Assembly (NCBI GenBank): GCA_030390025.1 | Contig: JASTWF010000034.1 | Span: 4,340,001 to 4,404,000 of the forward strand | Direction of reading: 5' to 3' | Length of the DNA stretch: 64,000 nt | Source: Squalus acanthias | Lineage: Eukaryota | Shown here: positions 47,581 through 61,900 of the stretch, in pieces | How the letters are laid out: every line of letters begins with the position of its first letter | Position numbering within the stretch: position 1 is the stretch's first letter | Position numbers and translations under genes: made by a program | The notes under the pieces: generated by a model | The model's database searches: none | What the model was told of the DNA's origin: nothing | What the model saw: only the letters and a program-made list of their open reading frames with translations

Positions 47581-48010
47581 GGGTGGCATAGTGGTTAGCA
47601 CTGGTGCCTCACAGCGCCAGGGACCCGGGTTCGAATCTGGCCTCGGGTGACTGTCTGTGTGGAGTTTGCACATTCTCCCCGTGTCTGCGTGGGTTTTCTC
47701 CGGGTGCTCCGGTTTCCTCCCACAGTCCAAAAATGTGCGGGTTAGGTTGATTTGGCTATGATAAATTGACCCTTAGTGTTAGGGGGGGATTAAATATGTG
47801 GGGTTACGGGGTTCGGATGGGATATGTTAGGGGGAATTAAATACGTGGGGTTAAGGGGATACGGTGGGATATGTGTCGGTGCAGGCTCGATGGGGATTCT
47901 GTGTGAGAAAGCAGGGACAGAGTACTGGATTTGGATGATCAACCATGATCGTATTGAATGGTGGAGCAGGCTCGACGGGCCGAATGGCCTACTCCTGCTC
48001 CTTGTTTCTA
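47581..48010 (+). mobile_element. tRNA-derived V-SINE (HE1-like) with CR1-type tail
   Basis: A box TGGCATAGTGG (47584), B box GGTTCGAATC (47628), V-domain gtggagtttgcacattctccccgtgtctgcgtggg, CR1 3' end and ttctatg tail. Confidence 0.9.
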
Positions 48011-51000
48011 TGGGATACCCTCTACACCGGGGGATAAAGTTATTGTTCATTTATACATGATATCCTCTGCACCATAGAATAAAGTTACAGTTAATTGGTA
48101 AATTGACATGATACCCTCTACACTGTGGAATAAAGTTACAGTCATTTTTTTAAAATGGTAATCTCTACACCGGGGAATAAAGTTACAGTTAATTGTAAAT
48201 TTCGACATGATACCCTCGGCACCGGGGAATAAAGTAATTTTCAATTTTAAATTTAGGCATGAAACCCTGTACACCAGCGAATAAAGTTACAGTTAATTGT
48301 TGAATTGACATGATACCCTCTACACTGTGGAATATAGCTACGGTCATTTTTTTAACATGATAATCTCTACACCGGGGAATAAATTTACAGTTAATTGTTA
48401 ATTTCGACATGATACATTCTACACCGGGGAATAAAGTTAATGTCAATTGTTAATTTGACATGATACCCTCGGCAGCGGGGAATAAAGTAATTGTCAATTG
48501 TTAATTTAGGCATGAAACCCTCTACAGCAGGGAGTAAATTTACAGTTAATTCTTAATTTGACATGATATCATCTACACTGGGGAATACTGTTAAAGGTAA
48601 TTGTTAATTTGACATGTTGCCTCTGCATCAGAGAATAAAGTTACAGATAATTGTTAATTTGACATTATGCACTCTACATCGGGGAATAAAGTTACAGTTA
48701 ATTGTTAATTTAAACATGATACCTTCTGCACAGTGCAAAAAAGTTACTCTTAATTGATAAATTGATATGATACCCTCTACACCGGGGAATATCGTTACAG
48801 TTAATTGTTAATTTAGACATAATTCCTTCTACATCGGGGAATAAAGTTACAGTTAATTGTTAAATTAACATGATGACCTCTACACCAGTGAATATAGTTA
48901 CACTTAATATTTAATTTTAAATGTTGCCCTCCACAATGGGGAATTAAGTTACAGTTAATTGTTAAATTGACATGATGCCCTCTACACCAGTGAATATAGT
49001 TACACCTAATATTTTATTTGAAATGATGCGCTACACAACGGAGAATAAAGTTACAGTTAATTGTTAATTTAGACATGAGGCCCTCTACACTCGGGAATAA
49101 AGTTGCAGTTAACTGTTAATTTTGAAATGATGCCCTCTACACCTGGAAATAAAGTTACAGTTAATTGTTCATTGGATATGATAGCATCTACACCGGGGAA
49201 TAAAGTTACAGTTAATTGTTAATTTAGACATGACGCCCTCTCTACCGGGGAATAAAGTAGCAGTTAATTGTTAATTTTGTAATGATGCCCTCTACAACGG
49301 GAAATTAAAATTGGAGTTAAGTGTTAATTTGAAATGATGCCCTCTACACCGGGGAATAAAGTTGCAGTTAAATGTGAACTGAAACATCATACCCTTCACA
49401 CCGGGGAATATTTTTACAGTTAATTGCAAATTTTGACAGGATGGCCTCTTCACCGAGGAATGAAGTTGCAGTTAATTGTTAATTTGGAGCTGATACCCTC
49501 TACACCGGGGAATAAAGTAACAGTTAATTGTTAATTTGACACGATGCCCTCTACACTGGGGAATAAAGTTACAGTTAATTGTTAATTTGATATGATGCCC
49601 TCGACACCGGGGAATACATTTACAGATAATTGTTAACTTAGACATGATGCCCTCTACACAGGGAATAAAGTTACATTAAATTGTTAATTGAGACATGATA
49701 ACCTCTGCACTGGGAAATAAAGTCACAGTTGATAGTTAATTTTGCATGATATCCTCAACACCAGGGAATAAAGTTATAGTTAATTGTTAATTTAGACATG
49801 ATACCTTCTACACAGGGGAATAAAGTTACATTTAATTGTAAATTTTGACACGATACCCTCTATATCGGGAATAAAGTTACTGTCAATTGTTAATTTAGAC
49901 ATGATTTCCTGCACACCATCGAATAAATTTACAGTCAATTGCTAATTTTGAGATGATATCCTCTACACTTTGGAATAATGTTAGAGTTAATTGTTAATTT
50001 TGACATGATGCCCACTACACTGGAGAATACATTTAAATTTAATTTTTAATTTGTCATGAAATCCTCTACACCGGAGAATAAAGTTACAGTTAATTGTTAA
50101 TTTTGACATGAAGCCAACGACACCAGCAACTAAAGTTGCAGGTTACTTGTTAATTTGACATGATACACTCTACACCGGGTCACACAGTTAGAGTTAATTG
50201 TTAATTTGTAATGATGCCCATCAAACTGGGCAATATATTTAAAGTTATTCTTTAATTTGTCATGAAAACGTCTACACTGGGGAATAAAGTTACAGTTGAT
50301 TGTTAATTTTTCATGATACCCTCTACACCGAGGAATAAGGTTACAGTTAAAAGTTTACCTGACATGATGCCCTCTACACCGGGGAATAAAGTTACAGTAA
50401 ATTGTTAACTGAGACATAATGCACTCTACATCGGGGAATAAACTTACAGTAAATTTTTTATTTGACATGATTCACTCTACACCAGGAAATAAAGTTACAG
50501 TGAATTGTTAATTTAGACATGATTCCCACTACACCGGGAAATGAAGTTACATGTAATTGTTAATTTAACACGGCACCCTCTACACTGGGGAGTAAAGTTA
50601 CAGTTAATTGTTAATTGAATCATGAAACCCTCTACACTGGGGAATAAATTTACAGTTAATTGCTAATTTTGACATGATGCGCTCTACACCGGGAAATAAA
50701 GTTGCAGTTAAATGGTAATTGAGACATGATGCCCTCTACACCGGAGAATAAAGTTACAGTTAGTTTTTAACATAGACATGAGTCCCTCTACACAGGGCAA
50801 GGAAGTTACAGTTAGTTTTTAATTTAGACATGATACCCTATATACCGGGAAATAAAGATAGAGTTAATTGTTAATTTGTCATGATGTCCTCTGCACCGGG
50901 TAAAAAAGTTACAGTTAATTGTTCATTTTATATATGATACCCTCTACACTGGGGAATACAGTTATAGTTAATTGTTAATTTAGACATGATACCTTCTACA

Positions 51001-52530
51001 AAGGGGAATAAAGTTACATTTTATGGTTTATTTAGACATGATTCCCTCCACACCGGGGAATATAGTTACAGTTAATTGATAATTTTGATAAAAATACCTT
51101 CTACAAAGGGGAATAAAGTTACATTTAACGGTGTATTTAGACATGATAACCTCCACACCGTGGAATATAGTTACAGTTAATTGATAATTTTTACATGATA
51201 CCTTCTACAAAGGGGAATAAAGTTACATTTAATGATTTATTTAGACATGATACCCTCTACACCGGGGAACAAAGTTACAGATAATTGTTGAATTGACATG
51301 AAACCGGGCACACTGTGGAATAAATTTACAGTCATTATTTTAACATGACACTCTCTACACCGGGGAATAAAGTTACAGTTACTTGTTAATTTCGCCATGA
51401 TACCTTCTGCACAGTTGAATAAAGTTACAGTTAATTGTTAATTTGATATAAAGCCCACTAAACCAGGGAATAAAGTTACAGTTAATTGTTAATTTAAACA
51501 TGATGCCCTCTACATCGGGGAATAAAGTTACAGTTAATTGTTAATTTAAACATGATGCCCTCTATACTGGGGAATAAAGTTACAGCAAATTGTCAATTGA
51601 GACAGGATTCCTTCAACACCGGGGAATATAGTTAAAGTTACTTGTTAATTTAGACATAATTCCTTCCCCATCGTGGAATATTGTTACAGTTAATTGTTAA
51701 TTTAGACATGATACCCTCTAAACCGGGGTATAAAGTTACATTTACTGGTTTATTTAGACATGATTCCCTTGACACCGGGGAATATAGTTACAGTTAATTG
51801 CTAATTTTGATATAATGCCCTCTACACCGGGAAATAAAGTTACAGTTAATTGTTAATTTGATATCATACCCTCTACACTGGGGAATAAAGATAAAGTTAA
51901 TTGTTAATTTGATATGATATCCTCTACACCTGGGAATAAAGTTATAGTTAATTGTTAATTTAGACATGATACCTTCTACAAAGGGGAATAAAGTTACAGT
52001 TAATTGTTAATTTGATATGATATCCTCTACACCTGGGACTAAAGTTATAGTTAATTGTTAATTTAGACATGATGCCTTCTACAAAGGGGAATGAAGTTAT
52101 ATTTAATGGTTTATTTAGACATGATGCCCTCCACACCGGGGAATATAGTTACAGTAAATTGATAATATTGCCATAATACCCACTACACCGGGAAATAAAG
52201 TTACAGTTAATTGTTAATTTAGACGGGATACCCTCTACACCGGGGAATAAAGTTACAGTTAATTGTTAATTTATACATGATATTAACTGCACCATAGAAT
52301 AAAGTTACAGTTAATTGGTAAATTGGCATGATACCCTCTACACTGTGGAATAAAGTTACAGTCATTTTTTTAACATGGTAATCTCTACACCGGGGAATAA
52401 AGTTACAGTTACGTGTTAATTTCGACATGATACCTTCTGCACAGTTGAATATAGTTACAGTAAATTGATAATATTGCCATAATACACTCTACACCGGGAA
52501 ATAAAGTTACAGTTAATTGTTAATTTAGAC

Positions 52531-52969
52531 GGGTGGCATAGTGGTTAGCACTGGTGCCTCACAGCGCCAGGGACCCGGGTTCGAATCTGGCCTCGGGTGA
52601 CTGTCTGTGTGGAGTTTGCACATTCTCCCCGTGTCTGCGTGGGTTTTCTCCGGGTGCTCCGGTTTCCTCCCACAGTCCAAAAATGTGCGGGTTAGGTTGA
52701 TTTGGCTATGATAAATTGACCCTTAGTGTTAGGGGGGGATTAAATATGTGGGGTTACGGTGTTCGGATGGGATATGTTAGGGGGAATTAAATACGTGGGG
52801 TTACGGGGATAGGGTGGGATATGTGTCGGTGCAGGCTCGATGGGGATTCTGTGTGAGAAAGCAGGGACAGGGTACTGGATTTGGATGATCAACCATGATC
52901 GTATTGAATGGTGGAGCAGGCTCGACGGGCCGAATGGCCTACTCCTGCTCCTAGTTTCTATGTTTCTAT
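52531..52969 (+). mobile_element. Duplicated copy of the same V-SINE insertion
   Basis: Near-identical to 47581-48010 with the same flanks, 4950 bp downstream; one additional tail octamer. Confidence 0.9.
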
Positions 52970-55900
52970 GGGATACCCTCTACACCGGGGGATAAAGTTA
53001 TTGTTCATTTATACATGATATCCTCTGCACCATAGAATAAAGTTACAGTTAATTGGTAAATTGACATGATACCCTCTACACTGTGGAATAAAGTTACAGT
53101 CATTTTTTTAAAATGGTAATCTCTACACCGGGGAATAAAGTTACAGTTAATTGTAAATTTCGACATGATACCCTCGGCACCGGGGAATAAAGTAATTTTC
53201 AATTTTAAATTTAGGCATGAAACCCTGTACACCAGCGAATAAAGTTACAGTTAATTGTTGAATTGACATGATACCCTCTACACTGTGGAATATAGCTACG
53301 GTCATTTTTTTAACATGATAATCTCTACACCGGGGAATAAATTTACAGTTAATTGTTAATTTCGACATGATACATTCTACACCGGGGAATAAAGTTAATG
53401 TCAATTGTTAATTTGACATGATACCCTCGGCAGCGGGGAATAAAGTAATTGTCAATTGTTAATTTAGGCATGAAACCCTCTACAGCAGGGAGTAAATTTA
53501 CAGTTAATTCTTAATTTGACATGATATCATCTACACTGGGGAATACTGTTAAAGGTAATTGTTAATTTGACATGTTGCCTCTGCATCAGAGAATAAAGTT
53601 ACAGATAATTGTTAATTTGACATTATGCACTCTACATCGGGGAATAAAGTTACAGTTAATTGTTAATTTAAACATGATACCTTCTGCACAGTGCAAAAAA
53701 GTTACTCTTAATTGATAAATTGATATGATACCCTCTACACCGGGGAATATCGTTACAGTTAATTGTTAATTTAGACATAATTCCTTCTACATCGGGGAAT
53801 AAAGTTACAGTTAATTGTTAAATTAACATGATGACCTCTACACCAGTGAATATAGTTACACTTAATATTTAATTTTAAATGTTGCCCTCCACAATGGGGA
53901 ATTAAGTTACAGTTAATTGTTAAATTGACATGATGCCCTCTACACCAGTGAATATAGTTACACCTAATATTTTATTTGAAATGATGCGCTACACAACGGA
54001 GAATAAAGTTACAGTTAATTGTTAATTTAGACATGAGGCCCTCTACACTCGGGAATAAAGTTGCAGTTAACTGTTAATTTTGAAATGATGCCCTCTACAC
54101 CTGGAAATAAAGTTACAGTTAATTGTTCATTGGATATGATAGCATCTACACCGGGGAATAAAGTTACAGTTAATTGTTAATTTAGACATGACGCCCTCTC
54201 TACCGGGGAATAAAGTAGCAGTTAATTGTTAATTTTGTAATGATGCCCTCTACAACGGGAAATTAAAATTGGAGTTAAGTGTTAATTTGAAATGATGCCC
54301 TCTACACCGGGGAATAAAGTTGCAGTTAAATGTGAACTGAAACATCATACCCTTCACACCGGGGAATATTTTTACAGTTAATTGCAAATTTTGACAGGAT
54401 GGCCTCTTCACCGAGGAATGAAGTTGCAGTTAATTGTTAATTTGGAGATGAAACCCTCTACACCGGGGAATAAAGTAACAGTTAATTGTTAATTTGACAC
54501 GATGCCCTCTACACTGGGGAATAAAGTTACAGTTAATTGTTAATTTGATATGATGCCCTCGACACCGGGGAATACATTTACAGATAATTGTTAACTTAGA
54601 CATGATGCCCTCTACACAGGGAATAAAGTTACATTAAATTGTTAATTGAGACATGATAACCTCTGCACTGGGAAATAAAGTCATAGTTGATAGTTAATTT
54701 TGCATGATATCCTCAACACCAGGGAATAAAGTTATAGTTAATTGTTAATTTAGACATGATACCTTCTACACAGGGGAATAAAGTTACATTTAATTGTAAA
54801 TTTCGACACGATACCCTCTATATCGGGAATAAAGTTACTGTCAATTGTTAATTTAGACATGATTCCCTGCACACCTTCGAATAAAGTTACAGTCAATTGC
54901 TAATTTTGAGATGATATCCTCTACACTTTGGAATAATGTTAAAGTTAATTGTTAATTTGGACATGATTCCCACTACACTGGAGAATACATTTAAATTAAA
55001 TTTTTTAATTTGTCATGAAAACCTCTACACTGGGAATAATGTTACAGTTGATAGTTAATTTTACATGATATCCTCTACACCGGGGAATAAGGTTACAGTT
55101 AATTGTTAATTTTGACATGAAGCCCACTACACCAGCAACTAAAGTTGCAGTTACTTGTTAATTTGACATGATACACTCTACACCGGGGAACACAGTTTGA
55201 GTTAATTGTTAATTTGTCATGATGCCCACCAAACTGGGCAATATATTTAAAGTTATATTTTAATTTGGTATGAAAACCTCTACACTGGGGAATAAAGTTA
55301 CAGTTGATTGTTAATTTTACATGATACCCTCTACACCGAGGAATAAGGTTACAGTGAATTGTTAATTTAGAAATGAATCCCTCGAAGCCGGGGAATAAAG
55401 TTACACTTAATTTTTAATTTGAAATGATACACTCTACACCTGGGAATGAAGTTACAAATAATTGTTAATTTGACATGATGCCATCCACAACGGGGTGTAA
55501 AGTTACAGTAAATTGTCAATTTAGACATGAATCCCTCGAAACCGGGGAATAAAGTTACACTTAATTTTTAATTTGACATGATGCCCTCTACGCCGGGGTA
55601 TAAAGTTTCAGTTAATTGTTAATTTCGACAGGATGCCCTCTAGATTGGTGAATAAAATTACAGTTAATTTTTAATTTAGACATGATACCTTCTAAACTGG
55701 GGAATAAAGATATTGTTGACTGTTAATTTGACATGATACCCTCTAAACCGGGGTATTAAGTTACAGTTAATTGTTTATTTTGACCTGATACCATCTACAT
55801 CGTGTAAAACAGTTACAATCACTTTTTAAGTTGACATGATACTCCCGACATCGGGTAATAAAGTTACAGTAAATTGTTAACTGAGACATAATGCCCTCTA

Positions 55901-58900
55901 CATCGGGGAATAATCTTACAGTTAATTTTTAATTTGACATGATTCACTCTACACCATGGAATAAAGTTACAGTGAATTGTTAATTTAGACATGATTCCCA
56001 CTACACCGGGAAATGAAGATACATGTAATTGTTAATTTAACATCATACCCTCTACACTGGGGAGTAAAGTTACAGTTTTTTGTTAATTTGACATGATACC
56101 CTCTACACTGGGGAGTAAAGTTACAGTTAATTGTTAATTTGACATGATTCACTCGACACCGGGGAATAAAGTTACAGTTAATTGTTAATTTGATATGATG
56201 CCCTCGACACCGGGGAATACATTTACAGATAATTGTTAACTTAGACATGATGCCCTCTGCACAGGGAATAAAGTTACATTAAAATGTTAATTGAGACATG
56301 ATAACCTCTACACTGGGAAATAAAGTTACAGTCAGTAATTTAACATGATAATCTCTACACCGGGGAATAAATTTACAGTTAATTGTTAATTTCCACATGA
56401 TACATTCTACACCGGGGAATAAAGTTAATGTCAATTGTTAATTTGACATGATACCCTCGGCAGCGGGGAATAAAGTAATTGTCAATTGTTAATTTATGCA
56501 TGAAACCCTCTGCAGCAGGGAGTAAATTTACAGTTAATTGTTAATTTGACATGGTATCATCTACACTGGGGAATAATGTTAAAGGTAATTGTGAATTTGA
56601 CATGTTGCCTCTGCATCAGAGAATAAAGTTACAGTTAATTGTTAATTTGACATTATGCACTCTACATCGGGGAATAAAGTTACAGTTAATTGTTAATTTA
56701 AACATGATACCTTCTGCACAGGGCAAAAATGTTACTCTTAATTGATAAATTGATATGATACCCTCTACACCGGGGAATATCGTTACAGTTAATTGTAAAT
56801 TTAGACATAATTCCTTCTACATCGGGGAATAAAGTTACAGTTAATTGTTAAATTAACATGATACCCTCTACACCAGTGAATATAGTTACACTTAATATTT
56901 AATTTTAAATGTTGCCCTCCACAACGGGGAATTAAGTTACAGTTCATTGTTAAATTGACATTATGCCCTCTACACCAGTGAATGTGTTTACCCCTAATAT
57001 TTAATTTGAAATGATGCGCTACACAACGGGGAATAAAGTTACAGTTAATTTTTAATTTAGACATGAGGCCCTCTACACTCGGGAATAAAGTTGCAGTTAA
57101 TTGTTAATTTTGAAATGATGCCCTCTAAACCTGGGAATAAAGTTACAGTTAATTGTTCATTGGATATGATACCATCTACACCGGGTAATAAAGTTACAGT
57201 TAATTGTTAGGTTGACATGATTCCCTCGACACCAGTGAATATAGTTACACTTGACATTTAATTTGAAATGATGCCTCTACAACGGGGAATAAATTTACAG
57301 TTAATTGCTAATTTTGACATAATACCATTCACACCGGGTAATAAAGAAACAGTTAATTGTTAATTTAGACATGATACCCTGTACACCAGAGAATAAAGTT
57401 ACAGTTCATTGTTGAATTGACATGATACCCTCTACACTGTGGAATATAGTTACAGTTAATAGATAATTTTGACATGATACCTTCTACAAAGGGGAATAAA
57501 GTTACATTTAATGGTTTATTTCGACATGATACCCTGTACACTGTGGAATAAATTTACAGTCATTATTTTAACATGATAATCTCTACACCGGGAAATAAAG
57601 TTACAGTTACTTGTTAATTTCGACATGATACCTTCTGCACAGTTGAATAAAGTTACAGTTAATTGTTAATTTGATATTATGCCCTCTAAACCAGGGAATA
57701 AAGTTACAGTTAATTGTTAATTTAAACATGATGCCCTCTACATCGGGGAATAAAGTTACAGTTAATTGTTAATTTATACATGGTGCCCTCTATACTGGGG
57801 AATAAAATGACAGAAAATTGTTAATTGAGACATGATTCCTTCAACACAGGGGAATATAGTTACAGTTAATTGTTAATTTAGTCATAATTCCTTCTTCATC
57901 GGGGAATATAGTTACAGTTAATTGTTAATTTAGACATGATACCCTCTAAACCGGGGTATAAAGTTGCATTTAATGGTTTATTTAGACATGATTCCCTTGA
58001 CACCGGGGAATATAGTTACAGTTAATTGCTAATTTTGATATAATGCCCTCTACGCCGGGAAATATAGTTACAGTTATTTGTTAATTTGATATCATACCCT
58101 CTACACCTGGGAATAAAGTTACAGTTAATTGTTAATTTAGACATGATACCTTCTACAAAGGGGAATAAAGTTACAGTTAATTGTTAATTTGATATGATAT
58201 CCTCTACACCGGGGAGTAAAGTTATAGTTAATTGTTAATTTAGACATGATGCCTTCTACAAAGGGGAATAAAGTAAAATTTAATGGTTTAATTAGACATG
58301 ATGCCCTCCACATCGGGGAATATAGTTACAGTAAATTGATAATATTGCTATAATACCCTCTGCACCGGGAAATAAAGTTACAGTTAATTGTTAATTTAGA
58401 CGGGATACCCTCTACACCGGGGAATAAAGTTACAGTTAATAGTTAATTTATACATAATACACTCTGCACCATAGAATAAAGTTACAGTTAATTGGTAAAT
58501 TGACATGATACCCTCTACACTGTGGAATAAAGTTACAGTCATTTTTTTAACATGGTAATCTCTACACCGGGGAATAAAGTTACAGTTAATTGTTAATTTC
58601 CACATGATACCCTCGGCACCGGGGAATAAAGTAATTTTCAATTTTTAATTTAGGCATGAAACCCTGTACACCAGAGAATAAAGTTACATTTAATTGTTGA
58701 ATTGACATGATACCCTCTACACTGTGGAATATAGTTACAGTCATTTTTTTAACATGATAATCTCTACACCGGGGAATACATTTACAGTTAATTGTTAATT
58801 TCGACATGATACATTCTACACCGGGGTATAAAGTTAATGTCAATTGTTAATTTGACATGATACCCTCGGCAGCGGCGAATAAAGTAATTGTCAATTGTTA

Positions 58901-61900
58901 ATTTATGCATGAAACCCTCTACAGCAGGGAGTAAATTTACAGTTAATTGTTAATTTGACATGGTATCATCTACACTGGGGAATAATGTTAAAGGTAATTG
59001 TTAATTTGACATGTTGCCTCTGCATCAGAGAATAAAGTTACAGTTAGTTGTTAATTTGACATTATGCACTCTACATCGGGGAATAAAGTTACAGTTAATT
59101 GTTAATTTAAACATGATACCTTCTGCACAGGGCAAAAATGTTACTCTTAATTGATAAATTGATATGATACCCTCTACACCGGGGAATATCGTTACAGTTA
59201 ATTGTTAATTTAGACATAATTCCTTCTACATCGGGGAATAAAGTTACAGTTAATTGTTAAATTAACATGATACCCTCTACACCATTGAATATAGTTACAC
59301 TTAATATTTAATTTTAAATGTTGCCCTCCACAACGGGAATTAAGTTACAGTTAATTGTTAAATTGACATGATGCCCTCTACACCAGTGAATATAGTTACA
59401 CCTAATATTTAATTTGAAGTGCTGCGCTACACAACGGGGAATAAAGTTACAGTTAATTGTTAATTTAGACATGAGGCCCTCTACACTCGGGAATAAAGTT
59501 GCAGTTAATTGTTAAATTGACATGATGCCCTCTACACCAGTGAATATAGTTACACCTAATATTTAATTTGAAGTGCTGCGCTACACAACGGGGAATAAAG
59601 TTACAGTTAATTGTTAATTTAGACATGAGGCCCTCTACACTCGGGAATAAAGTTGCAGTTAATTGTTAATTTTGAAATGATGCCCTCTACACCTGGGAAT
59701 AAAGTTACAGTTAACTGTTCATTGGATATGATAGCATTTACACCGGGGAATAAAGTTACAGTTAATTGTTATTTTAAACATGATGCCCTCTCTACCGGGG
59801 AATAAAGTAGCAGTTAATTGTTAATTTTGAAATGATGCCCTCTACAACGGGAAATTAAGATTGGAGTTAAGTGTTAATTTGAAATGATGCCCTCGGCAGC
59901 GGGGAATAAAGTAATTGTCAATTGTTAATTTAGGCATGAAACCCTCTACAGCAGGGAGTAAATTTACAGTTAATTCTTAATTTGACATGATATCATCTAC
60001 ACTGGGGAATAATGTTAAAGGAAATTGTTAATTTGACATGTTGCCTCTGCATCAGAGAATAAAGTTACAGTTAATTGTTAATTTGACATTATGCACTCTA
60101 CATCGGGGAATAAAGTTACAGTTAATTGTTAATTTCAACATGATACCTTCTGCACAGGGGAAAAAAGTTTCTCTTAATTGATAAATTGATATGATACCCT
60201 CTACACCGGGGAATATCGTTACAGTTAATTGTTAATTTAGACATAATTCCTTCTACATCGGGGAATAAAGTTACAGTTAATTGTTAAATTAACATGATAC
60301 CCTCTATACCAGTGAATATAGTTACACTTAATATTTAATTTTAAATGTTGCCCTCCACAATGGGGAATTAAGTTACAGTTAATTGTTAAATTGACATGAT
60401 GCCCCCTACACCAGTGAATATAGTTACACTTAATATTTAATTTGAAATGATGCGCTACACAACGGAGAATAAAGTTACAGTTAATTGTTAATTTAGACAT
60501 GATGCCCTCTCTACCGGGGAATAAAGTAGCAGTTAATTGTTAATTTTGAAATGATGCCCTCTACAACGGGAAATTAAAATTGGAGTTAAGTGTTAATTTG
60601 AAATGATGCCCTCTATACCGGTGAATAAAGTTGCAGTTAAATGTGAACTGAAACATCATACCCTTCACACCGGGGAATATTTTTACAGTTAATTGCAAAT
60701 TTTGACAGGATGGCCTTTTCACCGAGGAATGAAGTTACAGTTAATTGTTAATTTTGAGATGATACCCTCTACGACAGGGAATAAAGTTACAGTTAATTGT
60801 TAATTTGACATGATTCCCTCGAAACCGGGGAATAAAGTTACAGTTAATTGTTAATTTGATATCATGCCCTCGACACCGGGGAATACATTTACACATAATT
60901 GTTAACTTGGACATGATGCCCTCTGCACAGGGAATAAAGTTACATTAAAATGTTAATTGAGACATGATAACCTCTACACTGGGAAATAAAGTCACAGTTG
61001 ATAGTTAATTTTGCATGATATCCTCAACACCAGGGAATAAACTTACAGTTAATTGTTAATTTAGACATGATACCTTCTACACAGTGTAATAAAGTTACAG
61101 TTAATTGTAAGTTTCGACACGATACCCTCTATATCGGGAATAAAGTTACTGTCAATTGTTAATTTAGACATGATTCCCTGCACACCTTCGAATAAAGTTA
61201 CAGTCAATTGCTAATTTTGAGATGACATCCTCTACACTTTGGAATAATGTTACAGTTAATTGTTAATTTTGACATGATGTCCACTACACTGGAGAATACA
61301 TTTAAAATTAATTTTTAATTTGGCATGAAATCCTCTACACTGGGAATAATGTTACAGTTGATAGTTAATTTTACATGATATCCTCTACACCGGGGAATAA
61401 AGTTAAAGTTAATTGTTAATTTTGACATGAAGCCCACTACACCAGCAACTAAAGTTGCAGTTACTTGTTAATTTGACATGATACACTCTACACCGGGTAA
61501 CACAGTTAGAGTTAATTGTTAATTTGTAATGATGCCCACCAAACTGGGCAATATATTTAAAGTTATATTTTAATTTGTCATGAAAACGTCTACACTGGGG
61601 AATAAATTTACAGTTGATTGTTAATTTTAAATGATACCTTCTACACCGAGGATTAAGGTTACAGTTAAAAGTGTATTTGACGTGATGCCCTCCACACCAG
61701 GGAATAAAGTTACAGTAATTGTTAATTTAGAAATGAATCCCTCGAAACCGGGGAATAAAGTTACACTTAATTTTTTATTTGAAATGATACACTCTACACC
61801 TGGGAATGAAGTTACAAATAATTGTTAATTTGACATGATGCCATCCACAACGGGGAGTAAAGTTACAGTGAATTGTCAATTTAGAAATGAATCCCTCGAA

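Noticed and set aside
47584..47640. tRNA-like A and B boxes (also at 52534)
   Set aside because: SINE head; continues into the V domain and lacks a complete cloverleaf.
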